From Methanosarcinales archaeon (GTDB taxonomy: Archaea; Halobacteriota; Methanosarcinia; Methanosarcinales; Methanocomedenaceae), in assembly GCA_030610815.1 (NCBI GenBank), contig JAUWRA010000001.1:1-44062 (forward strand): DNA of 44,062 bases, written 5' to 3'. A program made the position numbers and the translations under genes. This document shows positions 20,391 to 28,239 of the stretch, one piece after another. The notes beneath the pieces are model-generated. The model was not told the origin of the DNA. It saw only the letters and a list, made by a program, of their open reading frames with translations, and searched no databases. Position 1 is the first letter of the stretch, and each line of letters begins with the position of its first letter.

Positions 20391-20656
20391 CAGATAAACG
20401 CAGATGAACGCAGATTTGTTGGTTGTAATTTAGAGCATTTGTCTGAGGTTTTTTCTAGAAAATATTGTGTTTATTCACCGCAAAGTTCGCAAAGAACGCA
20501 AAGTACAGCAATCCTGGCGATATTATTTGAAAATGTGCAACAACAGAGAATTAAAAGACGGATTACACGGCTCAGACAGATTTTTATGGATAATCAGCGC
20601 ACATCTGCATTATTCGTGCAATCTATGTTCCATAGCAATCCATCTGCGTTTATCTG
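20391..20656. mobile_element. MITE-like non-coding element with perfect 15-bp terminal inverted repeats
   Basis: Left end CAGATAAACGCAGAT (20391-20405), right end ATCTGCGTTTATCTG (20642-20656). Both ends are built from 10-bp subrepeats (CTGCGTTYAT). Internal CACCGCAAAGTTCGCAAAGAACGCAAAG lies at 20476-20503. No transposase. The outer boundary is uncertain because similarity to 22187-22238 continues to ~20693. Confidence 0.5.
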
Positions 20657-20707
20657 CTTTAATCCGCGGTTAATATTTGATAGAGAGATGCGGGGTGTTA
20701 GTGCCGC

Positions 20708-22066
20708 ATGAACCGAAAAGAACTTGAATTAATTTTGCAGCAGGGTGAAGGTTATAAAATAGAGTTTAAGGAATCTCCAAATAATATCGATAAAGAACTT
20801 GCAGCTTTTGCAAATTCATCTGGTGGTAAAATATTTATCGGAATAACCGATGACGAAGAAATTAAGGGCGTGAACATTAGCAATAAACTCAAATCACAAA
20901 TCCAGGATATTGCCAATAATTGTGATCCTCAGATAAAAGTGATAATTGAAGAGTTTGAAAACATCCTGATTATAAAAGTTAGAGAAGGCGATGATAAGCC
21001 TTATAAGTGCACTTCAGGATTTTATGCCAGAGTTGGACCGAACTCACAAAAACTCAGTAGGGATGAGATCATTGAATTTTTCAAGTCGGAAGGTAAGATT
21101 AGATTTGATGAGCTAACAGAACCTAAGTTTAACTATCCTAAAGATTTTGATAAAAGTAAACTTCTCGGATTTTTAGAACTCGCAGGACTTTCAAAGTCAA
21201 TGAAACGGGAGAGTGTTCTAGTAAATCTCAATGTGGCTGAGAAGCAGGAGGCAAAACTATATTTCAATAATTCAGGAGTTTTGTTCTTTGCTAAAGAACC
21301 ACAGAGATTCGTCCCGTGGTCTGTTTTTACTGTTGTTCTTTTTAAGGATAAAGCCGGTGTTGATGTAATCGACAGGAAAGAAATAACGGGTAGCTTGTTT
21401 GAGATAGTGGATAAAGTGATGGATTTTATTAAGCTTTATTCAAAAGTCGCCTACAGGTTCACAGGAATGCCGCAGAGGGAAGAGATATATGAATATCCGT
21501 TTGAAGCGGTAAGGGAAGCTGTTATTAATTCTGTGATGCATAAGGATTATTTCGAACATGGACATAATAATATTTTGAAGTTTTTTCCAGATAGGATACA
21601 GATAGAGAATATCTGGGTCAAACCCAGGAATTTCGTTCTTGGGAAAACTGTTTTCAGACGAAATCAGTTGATTGCAGATTTGTTTTCAAGGATTCATTTT
21701 GGGGAAAAAATTGGTTCGGGTATGGAGAGAATGAGAATTGTTTGCGATGAGCAGAATTGCCCCTATCCTGAGGTTGATTATACTGATACGCATTTTTATC
21801 TTAATTTCAAACCGAGCAGGGAATATTTGAAAATGTCGGAAGCGGAAAAGCAGGAAGTGGGATGGGAAAATGAACTGAATGAAAGGCAGAAAAAGGCGAT
21901 TGAATTTGTGAGGAAAAAGGGTAAGATAACGAATAAAGACTATCAGGAATTAATCGGTGTTTCAAAAATTACAGCTTATAGAGAATTGGCTGAACTTGTA
22001 GAAAGGAATATTCTCATACGGGAAGGTTCTGGTAGATCAACATATTATCGGATGATTAAAGGGTAA
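20708..22066 (+). CDS. AlbA_2 (Schlafen-like) domain protein with C-terminal winged HTH (COG2865-type)
   Basis: 452 aa. N-terminal ELELILQQGEGYKIEFKES...FANSSGGKIFIGITDDEEIKGV is typical of the divergent AAA/AlbA_2 domain. C-terminal ITNKDYQELIGVSKITAYRELAELVERNIL is an HTH. Confidence 0.8.
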   Translation: MNRKELELILQQGEGYKIEFKESPNNIDKELAAFANSSGGKIFIGITDDEEIKGVNISNKLKSQIQDIANNCDPQIKVIIEEFENILIIKVREGDDKPYKCTSGFYARVGPNSQKLSRDEIIEFFKSEGKIRFDELTEPKFNYPKDFDKSKLLGFLELAGLSKSMKRESVLVNLNVAEKQEAKLYFNNSGVLFFAKEPQRFVPWSVFTVVLFKDKAGVDVIDRKEITGSLFEIVDKVMDFIKLYSKVAYRFTGMPQREEIYEYPFEAVREAVINSVMHKDYFEHGHNNILKFFPDRIQIENIWVKPRNFVLGKTVFRRNQLIADLFSRIHFGEKIGSGMERMRIVCDEQNCPYPEVDYTDTHFYLNFKPSREYLKMSEAEKQEVGWENELNERQKKAIEFVRKKGKITNKDYQELIGVSKITAYRELAELVERNILIREGSGRSTYYRMIKG

Positions 22067-22069
22067 AAG

Positions 22070-22105
22070 TTAGCAATAAACTCAAATCCTAAATCAGGAT
22101 ATTGC
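22070..22105 (+). repeat. Stray copy of an internal segment of the AlbA_2 gene
   Basis: TTAGCAATAAACTCAAATCCTAAATCAGGATATTGC matches 20877-20914 with 2 substitutions and one 1-nt deletion. Confidence 0.8.
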
Positions 22106-22163
22106 ATCATAATTGCATCATAATTGCATCATAATCGCATCATAATCGCATCATAATTGCATG
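22101..22163. repeat. 11-bp tandem repeat, ~5.7 copies (ATYGCATCATA)
   Basis: Units at 22101, 22112, 22123, 22134 and 22145, plus a partial unit at 22156. C/T polymorphism at unit position 3. Confidence 0.95.
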
Positions 22164-22183
22164 TATCCATACAATCTATACGG

Positions 22184-22238
22184 CACATCTGCGTTTATTT
22201 GCGTTCATCTGCGGTTAATATTTGATAAAGAGGTGCAG
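22184..22238. repeat. Solo copy of the MITE-like right end plus its flank
   Basis: CACATCTGCGTTTATTTGCGTTCATCTGCGGTTAATATTTGATAAAGAGGTGCAG aligns with 20639-20693. Confidence 0.75.
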
Positions 22239-22251
22239 ATTAACATATTGT

Positions 22252-22283
22252 CGGATGATTATCAGATGATTATCGGATGATTA
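22252..22283. repeat. 11-bp tandem repeat, 3 copies (CRGATGATTAT), an expansion of the AlbA_2 3'-end remnant
   Basis: CGGATGATTAT CAGATGATTAT CGGATGATTA. The single-copy version CGGATGATTA ends the intact gene at 22049-22058. Confidence 0.9.
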
Positions 22284-22342
22284 AAAACCAGAGGAGATTG
22301 AGTATATTTTACATAGTAAACAGAAATTAATGAAGGGCTGGC

Positions 22343-23875
22343 ATGATTGACGAGGGCGCACTGTATGAACTATCTGAGGGCTGGGTATGGGCCATTACAA
22401 GCGAGGTTTGTTCATCTGTTAGAGATGGCACTCACGATACTCCAAAATATGTTGAGGCAGGAGTTCCATTAATAACATCAAAAAATCTGAAAGAAAACGT
22501 CATAGATTTTTCGACCTCGAAAAACATTAGTATTGATGATCACGAAAAAATAAGTAGACGATCAGGGGTGGAAAATGGGGATGTACTGTTCGCAATGATC
22601 GGTACAATTGGAAATCCTGTGGTTGTTCAAACAGAGCGTATTTTCAGCATCAAAAATGTGGCGTTATTCAAGAAAAATGAATCCACAATTATTTCACAAT
22701 ATTTAAAGTTGTGGTTAGCAAGTTCTGCATTTAATACAATATTGGTAAAAAATGAGTTTTTGAAAGGTACAACTCAAAAATTTATTCCTTTAGGGAATTT
22801 AAGAATTCTTCCCATCCCTCTCCCCCCAATTTTCGAACAACAAGCCATAGTCTCCAAAATCGAACAGCTTTTCAGCGATCTGGACAACGGCATAGATAAC
22901 TTTAAAAAAGCGCAGGAGCAGCTTAAAATATACCGCCAGGCTGTCCTCAAAAACGCCTGCGAGGGAAAACTTGTGCCCACCGAGGCTGAACTTGCGCATG
23001 CGGAGGGGTGCGACTATGAGCCTGCGGATGTGTTGCTGGCGCGCATACTGGAGGAGCGGCGCAAGAAGTGGAATGGCAAAGGTAAATACAAAGAGCCTGC
23101 GGCGGCGGATACGAGTGAATTGTCAGAGCTGCCGGAGGGGTGGATTTTTGGGAGGTTGGAAAATATCGCCGAAATTAATCCAAAGTTGCCATACAACGAT
23201 TATTCAGATAATATGGAAGTATCCTTTTTACCAATGAGAGTTGTTGAAGAGCAAACTGGAATATTTGATTTATCTATCAATAAAAAATACATTGAAGTAA
23301 AAAAGGGTTATACATCTTTCATAGATGGAGATATTATTTTTGCTAAAATAACTCCCTGTATGGAAAATGGAAAAATTGCTATCGTAGATAAACTAAAAAA
23401 TGGAATTGGATTTGGTTCCACTGAGTTCCATGTTATTAGATTATATGGGGATCAATTTATCAAAAAATATTTATTTTTTTATTTGGTACAGAAAACCTTC
23501 AGGAATGGTGCTCAGAGGAATATGACTGGTTCTGCTGGACAGTTAAGAGTTCCCACAAATTATATTCGACAAACGTTACTCCCCTTCCCTCCCCTAGCCG
23601 AGCAGCGCCGCATCGTTGTTGAGGTTGGGCGCCGCCTCTCAATCTGCGATAAACTAGAAGCAACAATAGCAGAATCCCTGCAAAAAGCAGAAGCCCTGCG
23701 TCAGAGCATCTTAAAAAAAGCCTTTGAAGGAAAACTGCTTAACGAAAAAGAGCTGGAAGAAGCCCGCAGCTCCCCTGACTGGGAGCCTGCTGAGAAACTG
23801 CTGGAGAGGATACGCCAAGAAAAGCAGATAAAGGAAAACAACAATAAATCAACAAGGAGAAAAACTCATGGATAA
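22343..23875 (+). CDS. hsdS: Type I restriction enzyme specificity subunit (two target-recognition domains)
   Basis: 510 aa. LSEGWVW and LPEGWIF lead into the two target-recognition domains (TRDs). Two conserved helices are present: PLPPIFEQQAIVSKIEQLF... and PFPPLAEQRRIVVEVGRRL... Confidence 0.9.
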   Translation: MIDEGALYELSEGWVWAITSEVCSSVRDGTHDTPKYVEAGVPLITSKNLKENVIDFSTSKNISIDDHEKISRRSGVENGDVLFAMIGTIGNPVVVQTERIFSIKNVALFKKNESTIISQYLKLWLASSAFNTILVKNEFLKGTTQKFIPLGNLRILPIPLPPIFEQQAIVSKIEQLFSDLDNGIDNFKKAQEQLKIYRQAVLKNACEGKLVPTEAELAHAEGCDYEPADVLLARILEERRKKWNGKGKYKEPAAADTSELSELPEGWIFGRLENIAEINPKLPYNDYSDNMEVSFLPMRVVEEQTGIFDLSINKKYIEVKKGYTSFIDGDIIFAKITPCMENGKIAIVDKLKNGIGFGSTEFHVIRLYGDQFIKKYLFFYLVQKTFRNGAQRNMTGSAGQLRVPTNYIRQTLLPFPPLAEQRRIVVEVGRRLSICDKLEATIAESLQKAEALRQSILKKAFEGKLLNEKELEEARSSPDWEPAEKLLERIRQEKQIKENNNKSTRRKTHG

Positions 23876-24239
23876 AGATGAGTGGTTTAAGCAAGCTGAT
23901 TATGACATGGATACCGCCGAATTCATGTTCAGCGGAGAGAGGTATTTTTATTCCGTATTCATGTGTCATTTATCCATAGAAAAGGTTCTCAAAGGACTAT
24001 ATATTCGGAAATTCAAGGATGCTCCACCCAGAACCCACAATCTATTATATCTACTTGAATTTATTGATCCTGACCTTCCGGAAGATATGTATGATTTTGT
24101 TTTCACCCTGAACAGAGTAAGTGTCCTGACTCGATATCCAGATAACCTTCAGAAAATGCTGGAAGATTATAACAAAGAAAAAACAAATGAAATACTTTGG
24201 AAAAGCAAGGAGTTATTACGATGGTTAAAAGAAAAGTAA
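23868..24239 (+). CDS. HEPN domain protein
   Basis: 123 aa. EWFKQADYDMDTAEFM, PRTHNLLYL and LTRYPD motifs of the classical HEPN family. 8-nt overlap with the hsdS end. Confidence 0.75.
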   Translation: MDKDEWFKQADYDMDTAEFMFSGERYFYSVFMCHLSIEKVLKGLYIRKFKDAPPRTHNLLYLLEFIDPDLPEDMYDFVFTLNRVSVLTRYPDNLQKMLEDYNKEKTNEILWKSKELLRWLKEK

Positions 24240-24553
24240 CTGATGCTGTCAGATTCTTTGAAAAATGTCTGAAAGAAAAAGGATTGAAAGTCTCAAAGAT
24301 AATTTTATTTGGATCACAGGTCAAAGGAACAACCACAGAGGAAAGCGATGTTGATATTCTAATTATATCAGACGATTTTCGCGGCAAAGACATTTTTGAA
24401 AGAGCAAGATTAACTAAAGACGCTGAAATAATGACTCTTAAGAATTTCATGATGCCTCTTGATATTGTCACCCTGACTTCAGAAGAATTTGAGCACGGAA
24501 CTTCCCTCGTTGTTGAATATGCCAAAAGCGGGAAAGTAATGTATGCCGCATAA
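24221..24553 (+). CDS. Minimal nucleotidyltransferase (MNT) partner of the HEPN protein
   Basis: ATG at 24221 preceded by AAGGAG (the ORF track uses a TTG at 24197). LFGSQVKGTTTEESDVDILIISDDF motif. Overlaps the HEPN gene by 19 nt. Confidence 0.8.
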   Translation: MVKRKVTDAVRFFEKCLKEKGLKVSKIILFGSQVKGTTTEESDVDILIISDDFRGKDIFERARLTKDAEIMTLKNFMMPLDIVTLTSEEFEHGTSLVVEYAKSGKVMYAA

Positions 24554-24615
24554 TCACAATTTTCCGTCACCGATCAGTGCTGCATCAAAAAGAACATGAA
24601 AAAAATGGATAAATA

Positions 24616-26103
24616 ATGACCAACACAGGACCCATAGTATCAAAAGTATGGAGTTTCGCACACACACTCCGGGATGATGGTGTCGGCTACGGCGACTATC
24701 TGGAACAGTTGACATACCTGCTTTTTCTGAAAATGGCAGATGAATATTCAAGACCTCCGTATGACCGTAAACTCCCTATTCCGGAAAAATACAACTGGGA
24801 AAGCCTGGTATCAAAAAAAGGCGCTGAACTGGAATCCCATTATACAGAACTGCTCCGTGAATTAAGTAAGGCCAGGGGCATCCTCGGACAGATATTTACA
24901 AAATCTCAGAACAAAATACAGGACCCTGCCAAGCTCTATCGCATCATAGGCATGATCGATAAAGAAAACTGGAGCATGATGGGTACTGACCTTAAAGGGA
25001 AAATCTATGAAGGTCTGCTGGAAAAAAATGCCGAGGACGTGAAAAGTGGAGCAGGTCAGTATTTTACTCCCCGTGTGCTAATCATGGCAATGGTTGAATG
25101 CATTCATCCAGAACCTGAAAAAACGATCTGCGATCCCGCATGTGGAACAGGGGGCTTTTTCCTTGCATCGTATGATTTTATCAGCAATCCGGAAAATTAC
25201 AGTTTGGATAAAGAGCAAAAGGAATTTCTCAAAGACAGGACATTTTCAGGAAATGAGATTGTTGCAAGCGCAAGAAGAATGTGCCTCATGAATATGTTCC
25301 TTCATAACATTGGCGAGATTGATGGTGAATCTTACATATCATCAGTGGATTCACTCATATCCGATCCGGGCGACCGTTATGATTACGTGCTGACTAATCC
25401 TCCTTTCGGTAAAAAAAGCAGCATGACTTTTACCAATGAAGAAGGGAAACAGGAAAAGGAAGACCTTGTTTACAATCGCCAGGATTTCTGGGCAACTACT
25501 TCTAACAAACAGTTGAACTTTTTACAGCATATCCATACTCTCCTGAAATCAGACGGGCGTGCTACAGTTGTTCTGCCTGATAATGTACTGTTTGAAGGAG
25601 GTGCCGGGGAGACAGTTCGTAAAAACATACTTGAAACAACAGATCTGCATACAATTTTACGGCTTCCGACAGGTATTTTTTATAAGCAAGGTGTAAAAGC
25701 AAATGTGCTGTTCTTTGACAATAAGCCAGCAAGTAAAGAACCCTGGACAAAAGAGGTATGGATTTATGATTTCCGTACCAATGTTCATTTCACACTGAAA
25801 AAGAACCCCATGAAATTTGAAGACCTAAAGGATTTTATTAGCTGTTATAATCCTGAAAACAGACATGTGAGAACCGAAACATGGTCAGAAGATAATCCTA
25901 ATGGACGCTGGAGAAAATTCTCTTATGGGGAAATAGTTTCACGAGATAAAACAAATCTTGACATTTTCTGGGTGAAAGATGAAAGCCTGGCTGATTTGGA
26001 TAACTTGCCGGACCCTGATATTCTGGCAAATGAGATTATTGAAAATGTGGAAGCCGGACTTGAAAGTTTTAGGGAAATAGTTGAAACGATAAATGGTGAT
26101 TAA
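24616..26103 (+). CDS. hsdM: Type I restriction enzyme methyltransferase subunit
   Basis: 495 aa. N-terminal HsdM_N-like LRDDGVGYGDYLEQLTYLLFLKM, SAM motif DPACGTGGF, catalytic LTNPPFG. Confidence 0.95.
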   Translation: MTNTGPIVSKVWSFAHTLRDDGVGYGDYLEQLTYLLFLKMADEYSRPPYDRKLPIPEKYNWESLVSKKGAELESHYTELLRELSKARGILGQIFTKSQNKIQDPAKLYRIIGMIDKENWSMMGTDLKGKIYEGLLEKNAEDVKSGAGQYFTPRVLIMAMVECIHPEPEKTICDPACGTGGFFLASYDFISNPENYSLDKEQKEFLKDRTFSGNEIVASARRMCLMNMFLHNIGEIDGESYISSVDSLISDPGDRYDYVLTNPPFGKKSSMTFTNEEGKQEKEDLVYNRQDFWATTSNKQLNFLQHIHTLLKSDGRATVVLPDNVLFEGGAGETVRKNILETTDLHTILRLPTGIFYKQGVKANVLFFDNKPASKEPWTKEVWIYDFRTNVHFTLKKNPMKFEDLKDFISCYNPENRHVRTETWSEDNPNGRWRKFSYGEIVSRDKTNLDIFWVKDESLADLDNLPDPDILANEIIENVEAGLESFREIVETINGD

Positions 26104-26203
26104 GGTAATTGGTAGTAGTCACGATATACTCTATACAATATATCACACCTGCGTATAGCGATTTCACCCCCTCTCTTCAAAGTAACTATATTCTCCAGGG
26201 CAG

Positions 26204-26230
26204 CCCACCCCCACTCTCCCTGAACACCCC
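26204..26230 (-). other. Canonical G-quadruplex motif on the minus strand (C-tracts on plus)
   Basis: The minus strand reads GGGGTGTTCAGGGAGAGTGGGGGTGGG, which is four G3+ tracts with loops of 6, 5 and 1 nt. Confidence 0.5.
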
Positions 26231-26423
26231 GGGCCACGCATCCGGTTCCACCCCCTCCTGCGCATAAAAAGCACTCGCCCAGCACTCAACCCCAATCCCG
26301 TTGCACCCAGAACACAACCATACACCAATCCCGACAGCCACATCAATATTTACTCACACATCCGGATAACACCTACACCTCAATATCTTCAACATTAAAT
26401 ACTAACAAAGAAATGTACCTCTC

Positions 26424-27425
26424 ATGAACACACCCGCTATTGAGACATTCAACCTGACCCGCAGATTTGATGACATAGTGGCAGTAGACAACATCAATAT
26501 CCGGATAAACTATGGAGAACTATTCGGCCTGTTAGGACCAAACGGCGCAGGCAAGACCACACTCATCAACATGCTCTCCACCATGATAACACCAAGCAAC
26601 GGCAGTGCAAAAGTATGGGGAGCCGACATCACCAAACAGCCTTCAGAGGTCAGGAAAAATATCGGTATGGTGTTCCAGGGTACCACCCTTGACGACAGGC
26701 TCACAGGCAAGGAAAACCTGGACCTCCACGGGCGGCTGTACGGCCTGCCAAAACAACTGCGAAAACAAAGGATCGCAGACGTACTGGAACTGGTCGAACT
26801 CGTTGACAAAGCCGATGTGATCGTAAAGACATACAGCGGCGGGATGATGAGACGCCTGGAAATTGCCAGGGGACTCATGCACCACCCAAAAGTACTGTTC
26901 CTTGATGAACCCACCCTCGGACTTGATCCCCAGACCCGCAACCATATATGGGACTACATACGGCAACTGAACAAGGAAAAAAACGTCACCATCCTGCTGA
27001 CAACACACTACATGGAAGAGGCCGACCACCTGTGCAACCGCATAGCCATAATCGACTTCGGCCAGGTAAAAGCCCTGGACACGCCAGAGAACCTGAAGAA
27101 TGCACTTGGCGGGGACGTAATAATACTAACCGTGGAAACCCGGGAGCTTGCTTCAAGACTGCTTGACCTTTACAACAAGAACGGTTCTGCCGGAAGTGTC
27201 CAGCAAAAGGACAGCAGCATCTTTATTGCTATCAAGGACGGGGCGGGCCAGATACCCCATGTCCTGAAGATCGCATCCGATGCCAGTATCAACGTCCTGT
27301 CCGTAGACCTGCACCGCCCCACACTGGACGATGTCTTCCTATCCTACACAGGCAGGGCCATCAGGGAAGAAGAGACCAGCAGCGTTGACAGGATAACCTA
27401 TAATCTCCAGGCAAGGAGGCGCTGA
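26424..27425 (+). CDS. ABC transporter ATP-binding protein (ABC-2/DrrA-like)
   Basis: 333 aa. Walker A GPNGAGKTT, signature YSGGMMRRL, Walker B LFLDEPT. Confidence 0.9.
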   Translation: MNTPAIETFNLTRRFDDIVAVDNINIRINYGELFGLLGPNGAGKTTLINMLSTMITPSNGSAKVWGADITKQPSEVRKNIGMVFQGTTLDDRLTGKENLDLHGRLYGLPKQLRKQRIADVLELVELVDKADVIVKTYSGGMMRRLEIARGLMHHPKVLFLDEPTLGLDPQTRNHIWDYIRQLNKEKNVTILLTTHYMEEADHLCNRIAIIDFGQVKALDTPENLKNALGGDVIILTVETRELASRLLDLYNKNGSAGSVQQKDSSIFIAIKDGAGQIPHVLKIASDASINVLSVDLHRPTLDDVFLSYTGRAIREEETSSVDRITYNLQARRR

Positions 27426-27426
27426 T

Positions 27427-28227
27427 ATGGCAAACCATGCGTCAGGTTTTTCTGAAAATATCGTCATTGCCCTGAACACAGTATATACCATGTGGCTCCG
27501 TGAAATGCTAAGGTTCAAGAGGTCAAAGAGCAGGATCATTGGCTCCCTGGCCACACCCATGTTCTTCCTGGTAATCCTAGGTACAGCATTCAATTCATCA
27601 TTTGAGATGCGCAGCGGCGGACAGACTAACATCGGTTTTTTAGCTCCCGGTATCATCGGTATGACCATCCTGTTCTCATCACTTATAGGAGGTGTCAGTA
27701 TCATCTGGGACAGGGAATTCGGATTCTTAAAGGAAATACTCATTGCCCCGGTGCCCAGGTTCTTTGTGGCACTGGGAAAGGCACTGGGAGGTGTGACCAC
27801 GGCTATGATCCAGGGCACATTGATCATGCTAATTGCATTTGTCATCGGGGTAGAATACCAGTCCTATCTTGGGATGGCTGCCAGTGTGGGTGTGATGCTT
27901 CTCATAGGACTTGGTTTTATTGGGTTGGGCATTGCCCTGGCCTCACAGATCGAGAGCCATGAAGGGTTCCAGATGATAATGACCTTCATTACCATGCCTG
28001 TACTGCTGCTAAGCGGTGCATTTTTCAGGATAGGTGACCTGCCTTCGTGGCTGAAAACGCTGGTCTACCTTGACCCGCTTACATACGGTATCATGGCGCT
28101 GCGATATACGTTGATGGGCGAGACCGAGACCGAGATTCCGATACATATATGCATTGCAGTTTTATTCCTATTTGCTGCTACCACCATAGGTCTGGGTGGT
28201 TACATGTTCCAAAAGGCAAAGGTATGA
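27427..28227 (+). CDS. ABC-2 type transporter permease
   Basis: 266 aa, about six hydrophobic segments. It starts 2 nt after the ATPase stop. Confidence 0.85.
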   Translation: MANHASGFSENIVIALNTVYTMWLREMLRFKRSKSRIIGSLATPMFFLVILGTAFNSSFEMRSGGQTNIGFLAPGIIGMTILFSSLIGGVSIIWDREFGFLKEILIAPVPRFFVALGKALGGVTTAMIQGTLIMLIAFVIGVEYQSYLGMAASVGVMLLIGLGFIGLGIALASQIESHEGFQMIMTFITMPVLLLSGAFFRIGDLPSWLKTLVYLDPLTYGIMALRYTLMGETETEIPIHICIAVLFLFAATTIGLGGYMFQKAKV

Positions 28228-28239
28228 AAAATATCGTCC

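Noticed and set aside
20304-20711. 135-aa ORF starting like HsdS (MKEGALYELPGGWVW)
   Set aside because: Only the first ~15 codons are hsdS-like. The rest reads through the MITE-like element, so this is a chimeric artefact rather than a gene.
26100-26346. Two minus-strand ORFs (61 and 60 aa), Gly/Arg/Trp-rich
   Set aside because: They are a by-product of the extreme G-richness of the minus strand in this spacer.
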